From NCBI RefSeq assembly GCF_006345805.1, contig NW_021834836.1, forward strand, positions 1 through 37,816: a stretch of DNA of 37,816 bases, read 5' to 3'. Both the position numbers and the translations under genes were made by a program. How positions within the stretch are numbered: position 1 is the first letter of the stretch; each line of letters opens with the position of its first letter. The notes below the pieces were generated by a model. The model saw only the letters and a list, made by a program, of their open reading frames with translations. It was not told the DNA's origin and made no database searches. Of the stretch, positions 24,776 through 37,325 are shown piece by piece. The DNA comes from Octopus sinensis (lineage: Eukaryota).

Positions 24776-24922
24776 CCATCCGAACATACTGACACAGAGA
24801 AATTAACAAGGGAAAGGGGAAACAACCATCCGAACATACTGACACAGAGAAATTAACAAGGGAAAGGGAAAAACCATCCGAACATACTGACACAGAGAAA
24901 TGAACAAGGGAAAAGGAAAAAA
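24776..24922 (+). repeat. Three tandem ~49-bp repeats overlapping the PLE ORF terminus
   Basis: ccatccgaacatactgacacagagaaattaacaagggaaaggg... starts at 24776, 24826 and 24874. Confidence 0.95.
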
Positions 24923-25044
24923 ATTTTAAGCGATTATCTCCCTTACACCGGAGAAATCACTCACTTCCCCCTTCCTCCCCTTATTTAGAATCTCCTGAAA
25001 ATAAAATACAACGATAACTCCATGCAATATAAACATAACGTCAC

Positions 25045-25085
25045 AAGAAATTTGAAAAGCTACACGCGAAACCGTTAATTTTCTT
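25045..25085 (+). ncRNA. Decayed minimal hammerhead motif
   Basis: aagaaat UUGAAAA gc-tacac-gc GAAA ccgt UA attttctt. Stems I and II pair; the core is two transitions from CUGAAGA and stem III is one change from palindromic accggt. Confidence 0.4.
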
Positions 25086-25181
25086 TAAAATTTTAAAATT
25101 ATGTCATTTTAAGGAAAGGCAAAAATTTTTTTCCAATATTCTCCAGACATTTTGACAACAAATATATATATTTTTTAACAT

Positions 25182-25538
25182 AAAGACCCCCCCTCGGTCA
25201 TGAGTGACCATGGTTTGTTGCACCTAGAGAGTTAACCCTCTGAGGCACAAGTCTGGGCAATGTTTTTTTATGGAAGCCAGTATAAACCCTCCAGTATACC
25301 GGCCTCCCCTCTCCACATCCACCCAACCATGTTATCCAAGGGAAAGACAAAGGTCGATACAGCTTGGCACCTGTGACCATCGCAACTCATTTCTACAGCT
25401 ACAACAGCTGAGTGAACTGGAGCAACGTGAAAATAAAGTGTCTTGCTCAAGAACACAACACGCAGCCCCGTTCCGGGATTCGAGCTCACAACCTCACGAT
25501 CGAAGCTCGACGCTCTAAACCAATGAGCCATGCGCCCT
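25182..25538 (-). mobile_element. SINE family A, full length
   Basis: Homologous to 8219-8552 and 29225-29557. Confidence 0.92.
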
Positions 25539-25567
25539 CATATATATATATATATATAGTATATATA

Positions 25568-25667
<100 letters not shown>

Positions 25668-25721
25668 ATATATATATATACGCATACATATATATATATA
25701 CATATATGTATATATACATAT

Positions 25722-26140
25722 CTCTCTTTTACTCTTTTCCTCTTTAATTGTTCAGTCATTTGACTGCGGCCATGCTGGAGCACCGCCTTTAGTCGAGCAA
25801 ATCGACCCCGGGGACTTCTTCATCATTGTAAGCCCATTACTTATTCAATCGGTCTCTTTTGAGAAACGCCGAAGTGACAAGGGACGTAAACACACCCAGC
25901 ATCGTTTGTCAAGCAATGTCTAGGGGGACAAACAACAAGACACACAAACATATACACACACACATACATATATATATACATATATACGACAGGCTTCTTT
26001 CAGTTTCCGTCTACCAAATCCATTCACAAGGCTTTGGTCGGCCCGAGGCTATAGTAGAAGACACTTGCCCAAGATGTCAACGCAGTTGGGACTGAACCCG
26101 GAACCATGTGATTGGTTAGCAGCTACTTAATATAACAGCC
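25722..26140 (-). mobile_element. SINE family K, near full length
   Basis: Colinear with the reverse complement of 34977-35373. Confidence 0.9.
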
Positions 26141-26222
26141 AAACTTTTTTTTCGAAAAAATTATTTTCCAAATTGTTTTCGTTTGCTCTTATCTATGAAT
26201 TATATATATTATATATATATAT

Positions 26223-26255
<33 letters not shown>

Positions 26256-26305
26256 AAGGTATCTACATACATACATATATACACTACACACCACAATATA
26301 TATAT

Positions 26306-26351
<46 letters not shown>

Positions 26352-26357
26352 GCACAT

Positions 26358-26711
26358 GTGGAGGCGCAATGGCCCAGCGGACTCGCGATCATGGGACCGC
26401 CGCGTTTCGATTCCCAGACCGGGTGTTTTGAGTGTTTACAACACCTAAAGCTCCACGAACTGTGGTGGCGAACTCTGCTGTACTCTTTCACTACAACTTT
26501 CTCTCACTCTTTCTTCCTGCTTCTGTTGTACCTGTATTACAACGGGCCAGCCTTGTCACACACTGCGTCACGCTGAATCTTCCCGAGAACTACGTTAAGG
26601 ATACACGTGCCTGTGGAGTACTCAGCCACTTACACGTTAATTTCATGAGCTGGCTATTCCATTGATCGGATCAACTGGAACCCTCGTCGTCGTAACCGAC
26701 GGAGTGCCACA
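26358..26711 (+). mobile_element. tRNA-derived SINE, head C plus tail B
   Basis: Head shared with 22621; tail ccagccttgtcacacac...gtaaccgacggagtgcca shared with the reverse complement of 29641-~29815. Confidence 0.88.
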
Positions 26712-27059
26712 AAACGCACACACATACATATTTACATATACACATCTATATATATACATATTTACATATACACATCTATATATATACATATATACATATA
26801 CATATATGTATATATACATACACGCACATAACGTTGACTCGTAAAACAGTGTAATTTCACAGGAAAGGGGCCAAAAGTGATATGCTTAATGGAAAGGGAG
26901 AGAAGCGAGGACGTTGCGGTTAGGTATTTGAGTGGGTAGGTTCGTAATTACGAAATTAGTTCTATAGGTAGTTTCGTGGGTAGGTAGTCAGGAAGGTAAG
27001 CGGGTAGGTTGGACGTTTTGAAGTAAAATAACAACAATATAAATTAGCAAATTGAAAAG

Positions 27060-27440
27060 AGCGGAAAAGAAAAGAAGAAAGTGGTCAAAGGAAACGATTA
27101 CCGGAAGTAAGAGAACTGGAGGTAATGAAAGTTAGGAAAGATGAATGAGAAACGGAAAGAAAGAAAAAGAGTGAATAAGAGAGAGAGGGAGAGAGGGAGA
27201 GGGAGAAAGAGGGATAGAGAGAGAGGGAAGGGGAGAGGAAGAGGAAGAGGGAGAAAGAGGGATAGAGAGAGAGGGAAAGGGAGAGGGAGAAAGAGGGAGA
27301 GAGAGGGAGAGGGAGAAAGAGAGAGAGAGAGAGAGAGAGAGTAAATGAGACAGTGAAGAAATGAAGAGCATCTTGATAATTTCTGTCCTTTTGTTGCCAA
27401 TATGGCGCCGGTTTTTACTAGGCGTCGGAAAGATGTCCCG
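27060..27440 (+). promoter_or_regulatory. Possible promoter-like patch (ETS and YY1-like motifs)
   Basis: ccggaagt at 27101-27108 and ccaatatggcgccgg at 27397-27411 in non-SINE sequence, flanking a GA-rich tract. Motif-only evidence. Confidence 0.2.
27170..27342. repeat. GA-rich polypurine tract
   Basis: Direct reading. Confidence 0.95.
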
Positions 27441-27497
27441 ATTCATTAGAGAGTGACCTTAACCACATGCTCCATCAATTATGATGCGGGAGGGAAG

Positions 27498-27513
27498 ATA
27501 ATAATAATAATAA

Positions 27514-27546
<33 letters not shown>

Positions 27547-27610
27547 CAGAAGAAGAAGAAGAAGAAGAAGAAGAAGAAGAAGAAGAAGAAGAAGAAGAAG
27601 AAGAAGAAGA
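27498..27610. repeat. (AAT)n followed by (AAG)n
   Basis: Direct reading. Confidence 0.97.
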
Positions 27611-27816
27611 ATAGAGCGAAGGGGTTTGTTAGTTAAATTGAAGAATTTGGTGGAAAGCCATTTTGTAATGCTTTATGCCTTGAATTTTGTTTTCTCCGTT
27701 TGTTCCTCCTCCCGCAATAAGGTAAAAGGATATATATATATATATATATATATTATATACATACACGTGTGTGTGTGCGTGTCTGTGCATGTATGTGTGT
27801 ATGTATGCATATATAT

Positions 27817-27847
<31 letters not shown>

Positions 27848-28276
27848 TATATTATATATACAGTGGGGCTATTTAGTTTAAAAACATGTGTACTGATGAC
27901 TGAACGTTAATAATTGCCGTTCATTTAATCACTTTAGACTTAAATTCTATTATAATAAACCTTGAGTCACAAAGAATAATTAAATTTTTTTTTAATGGGG
28001 TAAGTTTAAACAGGGAAAATTTAAATTATCTTAATTCAGTGTCTATCTATGAATAACGGAAATAAAACTATGATGTAATAATTTTAAGAGGGGATGAAAA
28101 TGTTGCAGGTTTCTTCTTATGTTTCGGACTGCTTGTTGCTCATCAGTAATGATCTGCTTGATCTATACTGACCTCTAGCTAAGCATGAACAAGAACAAGA
28201 ACATCAACAGCAATAACAACAAAAACAACAACATAAATAACAACAACAACAACAACGACAACATAAATAACACTAA

Positions 28277-28390
<114 letters not shown>

Positions 28391-28442
28391 ATAGTATAAA
28401 TGATATATATATATATATGCATATATATATCATTTATACTAT

Positions 28443-28476
<34 letters not shown>

Positions 28477-29224
28477 TTAGCGAATAAAACATACAAGTCC
28501 TGAAGTAGTCAACCGAAGGAGTTACCAATACCGTCACCAATATCGTCCATACCAATACCGTCAAATTCTCAGACTCTAGAAGCTGGACAAATTCATTACA
28601 ATTCTAAAACTCAACAAAGCCCAAGTGAATTAACATCATACAAACCAAGCGCTCTCTCACGCACACACTAAAGTCCAGGGAGGCTGATTTCTGACATCAC
28701 CGACCAACACCAAATCACGGCTCGAATCCAGACTTCTACATTCAAACATCAAATGATTTTAACACAAAAATACATGGGGACTCAACAAATATAAATGTAT
28801 AACCCTTCTACACGCATGATTATAATTAGTATCAACATTAGTAAAATTTTCGAATCCATTCCCATATAACCAAATATACGCAAAACATTCAGCCCCACTC
28901 TAATAGATAACACAAAATTCTAGCTAGAAAGTCACTTGTGTGGTCGCAAGAGTTTGCAGTTTCCTAAATGGAGTCCCATATTGATTGTTTCATTCATTAT
29001 TTTCATACACTACCTTCACGACCTTCTCCAGACTGTGTAAGAAACACAGTCTCATATCACACATCCTCTTGTCATTCACAAGATACTACACCACAACTAA
29101 TCCAAGCCTACACAAATCACTTAGAAACCTGGTTCCCAAGCAACTAACTTTAAGTAACACTTTAAGTATCTTTAAGTATCAGTCTACTATAAATTCAAAT
29201 ATAACACTTTATCACACTCAACTG

Positions 29225-29557
29225 AAGGCACATGGCTCAGTGGTTCGAGCGTCGAGCTTACGATCGTGAGGTTGTGAGTTCGAATCTCGGACCGGGCTGC
29301 GTGTTGTGTTCTAGAGCAAGACATTTTATTTCACGTTGCTGCAGTTCACTCATCTGTAGAAATGAGTTGCGACGTCACAGGTGCCAAGCTGTATCAGCCT
29401 TTGCCTTTCCCTTGGATAACACTGGTGGAGTGGATAGGGGAGGCCTGTATGCATGGGCGACTGCTGGTCTTCCATAAACAATCTTGCCCGGACTTGTTCC
29501 TCGGAGAGTAACTTTCTAGGTGCAGTCACATGGGCCATCATGACCGAAGGGCGTCTC
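29225..29557 (+). mobile_element. SINE family A, full length
   Basis: A box tggctcagtgg and B box gttcgaatct; homologous to 8219-8552. Confidence 0.92.
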
Positions 29558-29640
29558 AGCATCACACTCAACTGGAGTCTTATTACAAGTAACCCATAGA
29601 TCATGTATAACAAGTTATTACGCTCAACATTTTACGTAAC

Positions 29641-29962
29641 TGGCACTCCGTCAGTTACGACGATGTGTGTTCCAGTTGATTTCATCAACGCAACAGCCTA
29701 CCGGTGAAATTAACGTGCAGGTGGCTGAGTGCTCCACAGACACGCGTACCGTTAACGTACTTCTCAAGGGGATTCAGCGTAACACACGAATGTGACAAAG
29801 CAGGCCCTTAAAATTACAGATACTACTCATTTTTGCCCGCTGAGTGGACTAGAACAACGAGTAATAAAGTGTCTTGCTCAAGGACTCAACGCGCCACCGG
29901 GAATCGAATTCACGATCATGCGATCGTGATCCGAATGCCCTAATGACCAAACTACACGCCTT
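29641..29962 (-). mobile_element. SINE family B, full length
   Basis: tRNA-like head, gagcaagacactttatt body, and the tail shared with 26358-26711. Confidence 0.88.
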
Positions 29963-30790
29963 CGCAAGTATACCCACAGAAGAGAAAACCTTTTAGAGTT
30001 ACCTTGTAAGGAGTTAAATAATTCACTGGAGATTACATTCACAGTACACGCAGATGACAGCAACAAAAGCAAAACGGCGCACCTTTCTTTCCACCCGTTC
30101 CTCACATATTGCTACCACTTTAGGCCGACAGAAAGAAATAACAATGAGGTACAGATGCTACATTGAATCTAGTTTAGCCTTTGGCGGTCATACCAAGGTT
30201 TTTTAATCTTTCCCCAACAAACGTAAATAAACAACAAAGGACAGAAAACAGCTCATTGCGTATCATAACAGATTGTGTACAGATCACACCTACAGACGAC
30301 CTACACAACGAAACAAAACAAAACAAAACAGAACATTATAGATGAAAGAAAACCTGGATATTTGAAGGGAAGAGCTTCTTGCCGCAGCGAGCTTCAAACC
30401 CCACCAGCGCAACTCAGCCCAGACAAACATAAAGAATACATGCACATAAAAATGGCTGTCAAGTCAATGGTCTCCCGCCCTAACTCACAAATACTCTATT
30501 TGGAAGCACACCATCAAATGGAAAATAACAGCAACTATCGCGCTCTGCCCGAGTTCAGATTGTCGCTTTCGCTATGGCTATTGTTAAGATCTCTGGACAG
30601 TGAAGCGAGTGAATGAATGTCCAAACAGTGCTACGACAACACATACATTCATGACCGCATGCAGGAATGTGAAGTACCTACAGTTGTACAGAAATAGATT
30701 GGGCAGTGAGAGAGGGCAAATATATACAAATTGCTTCATTATTATCATACAATATGGTCCTTAACTACATAGGAAGAGAGTACAACTGAA

Positions 30791-31392
<602 letters not shown>

Positions 31393-32003
31393 AGAAACTG
31401 GCTATATGCGTTGCGCTTCGTCGTTCGGCAATTTCTTTGTGAAACATGGGTCTATTCGGCCAGAGCTGATCTGGGACAATACGATAACAACACAAGAACA
31501 ACTATTACTCCAACCACCACTAACTCTGCCACCGCAAACAATCAGCGGTGTGCCCCACCCATAAAAAACAACAACAAAAACCTCCTCGTGGTCGCATTGC
31601 ATCGATCTGTTATAAGTAGCAGTCACCTTACTCTTAAATCAGTCTACCATCATAGGGAAGGACCAGAACGCACACTAATTAATGTAGTTATTCAGATTCC
31701 TGAGCAGGCGTTATAATAATGCTTGGATTGTCTTTGATCACAGGTCTGGATGAGGGAAGATCTGAGGGCTAAACAATAACAATAGTTACTCACCACCACA
31801 AAAACCACCACCACAAACCCCCCCACCACCACCCACGATCGCGAGAAATTGAAAACAGACTTTTGGTTGAATGCAGGTGAAGTGAATTAAATAGAATTTC
31901 ACCGTTGATCAAACCTCCTAGACACACCCTGTCAGTGTTATTGTAATAACAGAAAACATTGCCTTGTCATAAACTAAATCACTTAGTTGGCTTACAGTAA
32001 ATC

Positions 32004-32100
32004 ATACCTACCTACCTACCTACCTACCTACCTACCACCTACCTACCTACCTACCTACCTACCTACTATCTACCTACCTACCTACATACATACATACATA
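32004..32100. repeat. (ACCT)n grading into (ACAT)n
   Basis: Direct reading. Confidence 0.95.
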
Positions 32101-32633
32101 GTGGCTGCCCCCTCGTTATCGAGTATGGCCATTGCACGAAGCTTAATCAATGTTGTTATTATGCAATGCCTGTGCAAGAAGATTTTTTTAAAGTGAGGAA
32201 AGGCTGTGCACTGAGTCAATCCCACTCACTAAGCAACAGCAGCCATAATCCGAAAAGAAGAACAAGTCAACATCATCGGTAACCACTGAGCCGCAGGTTT
32301 TATGTTGGAGTTATCCCAGTTACCTGAGTTACCTTCTCCTTGAAGGATGTCCTAACAAAGGCTAGGAGTCCTTCACTCCCAATGGTTTAACCGCGCGATC
32401 GGGTATTCAGTCCGATTATTTCTATGTCCCCGCGCATGATACAGCCTTAAGATATTTATCGGATGGCCGGTGACTCTCAAGAGTTCCTCCGCCCTTTGAC
32501 GGGTTTTGTTTTTCATTACGCAGGGTGTCCAATAAACACCCTCCTCACCAAGCAAGATTGGTGGGGTTGCCGGTTTAGTCGCCGACGGCCCGACCATGCA
32601 ACAGGTTGTACTGGGTTACATGTTACCAGTAGC
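32101..32633 (-). mobile_element. Non-autonomous RTE-like element (5' UTR-like part fused to 3' end), between (ATGT)n tracts
   Basis: Minus strand holds ...ctagcctttgttagg...aggagaaggtaactc, resembling a motif I recall from RTE-clade 5' UTRs, and ends gtgcaatggccatactcgataacgagggggcagccact-(atgt)n. No ORF. Confidence 0.55.
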
Positions 32634-33130
32634 ACATACATACATACATACATACATACATACATAATACTACATACATACATACATAATTACATACTAC
32701 ATACATATATACATACATACATACATACATACATACATCCATCATACATACATACATAATACATACATAACATAATATACATACATACATACATACTAAT
32801 ACATACATACATAATACATACATACATACTATATACACAACATACATACATACATACATACATAATATACATACATACATACTACACATACATACATACT
32901 ATATACATACATACATACATACATACAACATACATACATACATAATACATACATACATAATACATACATACATACATACATAATACATACATACATACAT
33001 ACATACATACAGCATACATACATACATACATACATAATACATACATACATACATACATAAATACATAAGTACATATATTCTTACACTCCCACATACATAC
33101 ATACATTCACACATACGCATATATAGTTTT
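32634..33130. repeat. Degenerate (ACAT)n array
   Basis: Direct reading. Confidence 0.95.
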
Positions 33131-33390
33131 ATATATACATATACAAACACACACACATATATAGATTAGAGACAGATATTCTGTGTATTGAATACACTTT
33201 GTAATGCTCAAGAAATTTGAACTTGAACAGGTAGAGAAGTAAATGTAAGGACAGTTTAGGCACGTCGATATATAAAAAATATTAAATATATTTAATACAA
33301 AAAATGTACATATGCATACATATAAAAAAGTCTGACTTACACAGAATGGAAATATCAGGAATTAAGGGGGTTGAGTAGGAGTTTTACGAG

Positions 33391-33481
33391 TCCAACAGCT
33401 GTTTCTGGGGGCTTAGTGGTCCAAAATGATGATTGCAACTTGATTCCATCATCGGATAACACCAGCTTCCGTCTTCAGGGA
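33391..33481 (-). ncRNA. Hammerhead-like motif (core intact, long stem II, short stem I)
   Basis: tcc CUGAAGA [long hairpin incl. gatgat/atcatc] a GAAA cagctg UU gga, with palindromic stem III acagctgt. An inverted partial copy lies at 33727-33801. Confidence 0.55.
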
Positions 33482-33805
33482 AGAATTTTACATTTTATAT
33501 TTTTTTGCGTTTTGGTAGTATTTGAAAGATTACCTTTGTATTAGTTTGTATGAAGCTATAGAATTAAAAGTTAAGATAATGAAAAGGGGATGGTAATTAA
33601 TTGAGGGAAATGAGTTGACTGGTTCAGTAGCTGAGGAGAGCGAGAATGTGGTCAAGAGCAGTTGTTAGTAGGACAAAGGAATTGGGTTGGTACTGGAGGA
33701 GCTGGAGTGAGGTGCTATGATAAAGGCGGAGGCCAGTGTTATTCGATGATGGAATCAAGTTACAATCATCATTTTGGACCACCAAGCTCCGAGAAACAGC
33801 TCATC

Positions 33806-34057
33806 AAATTAACTTGCATGTGACTGAGCACTCAACAGACACACGTACCCTTAACGTAGTCTTCTGGGAGATTCAGCGTGACACAGAATGTGACAAGGTC
33901 GGCCCTTGAAAATTGAAATACAGACACAACTCATGTTTGCCAGATGAGTGGACTGGAGCAACGTGAAATAAAGTGTCTTGCGCAAAGACATAACGCGCCG
34001 CCGGGAATCGAACTCACGACCTAACGATTGTGGGCCGATTACACTAAGCCACGCGCC
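33806..34057 (-). mobile_element. SINE family B, tail truncated
   Basis: Homologous to 29641-29962. Confidence 0.88.
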
Positions 34058-34902
34058 GTCACCCCGCCACATATAATACGTAATTCTGTATATTCGTCTT
34101 AATGTGGCTATACCCTAGAAAGCCACAAAACTACAGAGAAAGATTCTCGTATAGATCCAGGTCGTCTTAGCTCCATTACAAGTTCCCTGGCAATCAATTC
34201 ACTTGGTCCTATAACATATATTTATTGAGAGCCAGCCACAATACACTTTGATCAGAATCGGACCTCTTGACCTGTAACGCCTGTGGGCAATTGCCCAGTG
34301 TGCTCATGCCTTCAGACGGCACTGGTATAGCCGTATAGTGTTGAAAAGCTCGTAAGTGTATTAGTAGCAGAGGAAACACGAATAGCAGCGGAGGTGGAAT
34401 TCTTTAATCATGATTTATGTGCCTTTTAGCACTACATGTTTATACGAAAAGCTTTCTCAAGATGAATGTTGCAGTTTCATGGCTTCTTGTAGTGTATCAA
34501 CGTTAAGTAATTTATACAGAATGCTATTCTTGACTGATAAGGCTTCCATCACAACGAATTTTTACCTTGCCCAGAAGCTATTTGCAACATCAGTAATTTC
34601 TTAGTCATTTTATTCTATATCAGTAGATGCTGAATTTGTGTAAGCATGCTGTTGATAGTGGATGCTTGCTACTGATGACATGCTGATAAAGATATCCCGA
34701 TTTAGCTATTCTACCGCCCCTGCTGGACGCTTTTCGTCAGCTGCTGACACACAATTGAGGGTTTTAGCACTATATGTCTATATAAGAAGCTTTCTGAACA
34801 TGAACACTACACTTTGTGGCTTACTCTAGTATATTCATGTTAAAAATGATATAGAGAATATACAGAATGCAACTCTCAATCAATACTGCTTCTGTAGCTA
34901 GT

Positions 34903-34903
<1 letters not shown>

Positions 34904-34970
<67 letters not shown>
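34904..34970. repeat. (CA)n microsatellite
   Basis: Direct reading. Confidence 0.97.
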
Positions 34971-34976
<6 letters not shown>

Positions 34977-34977
<1 letters not shown>

Positions 34978-35373
34978 GGCGCAGGAGTGGCTGTGTGGTA
35001 AGTATCTTGCTTACGAACTACATGGTTCCGTGTTCATTTCCACTGCGTGACACCTTGGGCAAGTGTCTTCTACTATAGCCGCGGGCCGACCAAAGCCTCG
35101 TGAGTGGATTTGGTAGACGGAAACTGAAAGAAGCCCGTCGTATATATGTATATATATGTGTGTGTATATGTTTGGGTGTCTGTGTTGACAACCAATGCTG
35201 GTGTGCTTACGTCCCCGTAACTTAGCGGTTCGGCAAAAGAGACCGATAGAATAATTACTAGGCTTCCAAAGAATAATTCTTGGGGTCGATTTGCTCGACT
35301 AAAAGGCGGTGCTCCAACATGGCCACAGTCAAATGACTGAAACAAGTGAAGGAGTAAGAGCAAGAGTAAGAGT
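34977..35373 (+). mobile_element. SINE family K, full-length reference copy
   Basis: A box tggctgtgtgg, CORE-like accttgggcaagtgtcttc, internal (TA)/(TG) tract, 3' end cagtcaaatgactgaaacaag plus a short (gagtaa)n-like tail. Confidence 0.93.
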
Positions 35374-36023
35374 ATAGAAGTTACAAGGAAGGAAATATAA
35401 CTGGAAACAAACGGTTCAGAAAAATGTAATAAAAGATCGGCTTAATTAAACACGAAACTGTATACGTAGTATAATCTACCAAGGATATACCTTTCCAGCT
35501 ATGTTAACAAAAATGAAGCAATGAAAGGAGTCTAAATTATATCCAGTAACGTATGGTACACTGTACGCTGTACACTGTATATGTACAAAGTCTGAAATGT
35601 ATATTATCTATCTGTATTGCGAATATGTATATTTTAGGACATGTGAATTGTTAATATGTTATGTATAGAAACTCATTTACATTAACAGTAGGAAATATAC
35701 ACAGGGATTGTATATTGAATAACATTTGTACATTGTGACGTATTTATGTAAGTACGTTTCGCCATAACAACTTTAAATGCTGGGCATGCCATAATGATAT
35801 TTAAATTATGCGTATGGAAAAGATACTTAATAAACTGTTGACGAAATATATTACTTTTTGGTAAATGAGCTTCAATCAGAACGTAGCCTGGTAATATATG
35901 ATGTATTGAAAGAAAGGGAAAACAAATATGTAGGATGCATGTCATGTCTAAGCATTATTATATACCACAGTTTCAGCTTATTTCCTTTAAAATGTCATAA
36001 GTTTTGACGGTATGGATATACTT

Positions 36024-36049
<26 letters not shown>

Positions 36050-36068
<19 letters not shown>

Positions 36069-36146
36069 ACATATATATATGCATATATATATTTATGTAT
36101 ATTTATGTATATATATATACACATATATATACATATACATATATAT

Positions 36147-36191
<45 letters not shown>

Positions 36192-36240
36192 TAGTAATAC
36201 CAGCGATTATAATTATTTTTATTTTATCGCAATTTGATTT

Positions 36241-36316
<76 letters not shown>

Positions 36317-36661
36317 AATATATTATATATATATATACATACATATATATGTATGTATATATATATACATATATGTTATATTAAATTGGAGATGAAACCA
36401 CTATTAGGCAAATCAAACAGTGAAAATCATAGCCAATACTAGAAATAACATTAATTAAAAATATATAAAAAAAATATAAAATATAAAATATAAAAATCCA
36501 ATTAAATATTTAAATTAAAGTTAATATGTATGTCTGTATATATGAAATGTATCTATATATATTAATGTATATATATATATATATACATATACGTATATAA
36601 AATATATATAATACATACATATTTCCTTAAAATGTCATAAGTTTTGACGGTATGGATAACT

Positions 36662-36697
<36 letters not shown>

Positions 36698-36782
36698 CTA
36701 TATATATATATACTATATATATATGCATATATATATTTATGTATATTTATGTATATATATATACACATATATATACATATAC

Positions 36783-36834
<52 letters not shown>

Positions 36835-36860
36835 ATATATGCATATATATATATATATTA

Positions 36861-36908
<48 letters not shown>

Positions 36909-36910
36909 CA
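36050..36910. repeat. (TA)n-rich low-complexity region containing a 640-bp-spaced duplication
   Basis: aatgtcataagttttgacggtatgg occurs at 35991 and 36631. Confidence 0.9.
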
Positions 36911-36994
36911 TACACGCGCACACACACATACTTATACGGAATTAAATGTATGACAAAGGAACAAGAATTGCGTAAAGTCCATTAGCTTGCAGTT

Positions 36995-37090
36995 GTTTCT
37001 TTTGCTGAAATGCTAAGTTACAAAGACGTAAACACATCTACGACAATTATCAGTGGGTGGTGGGGACAAAGAAACAAACACACAGACACA

Positions 37091-37149
<59 letters not shown>

Positions 37150-37295
37150 CACACATTCACGCATACAACGGGCTTCTTTCAGTTTCCGTCTACCAAATCC
37201 ACTCACAAGGTTTTAGTCGGTCCATAGAAGACAATTGCCCACGGTGCCTTGCAGTGTGACCGAAATCAGAACCATCTGGTTTAAAGAAAGTTTCT
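36995..37295 (-). mobile_element. SINE family K, partial and degenerate
   Basis: Contains gggcttctttcagtttccgtctaccaaatccactcacaagg. Confidence 0.87.
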
Positions 37296-37325
37296 TAAAT
37301 ATATATATATATATACAGCCATTCA

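Larger units (their letters stand above)
24107..25090 (+). mobile_element. Second Penelope-like remnant (Cys-rich linker plus GIY-YIG, Neptune-like)
   Basis: Frameshifted translation ...KKCGRSNCATCPNL...FKIKSNFTCASENIIYVI.CSGCHQDYVGSTGLSLRRRCTLHRQQI...SEHI...RLNKETFFIEKYKPRLN. 5' foldback, three ~49-bp repeats at the ORF end and a decayed hammerhead downstream. Confidence 0.85.

Noticed and set aside
28105-28150. Hammerhead: minus-strand CUGAUGA gcaacaagcagtcc GAAA
   Set aside because: Stem II does not close next to GAAA and stem I does not pair.
28480-29220. Decayed LINE ORF (C/A-rich strand)
   Set aside because: Composition is suggestive, but I could not recover any RT or APE motif in translation.
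30275-30616. 113-aa ORF as a host gene exon
   Set aside because: No recognisable domain; includes an (AAAAC)n stretch; no supporting splice pattern.
32480-32560. Twister ribozyme (ggtgaggagggtg resembles the twister 3' strand)
   Set aside because: The required GCCGGUCCCAAGCCC loop region is absent.
34285-34325. hAT-like TIR end (reverse complement cagtgccgtctgaaggcatgagcacactgggcaattgccc)
   Set aside because: No partner TIR or TSD found in the window; resemblance is from memory only.
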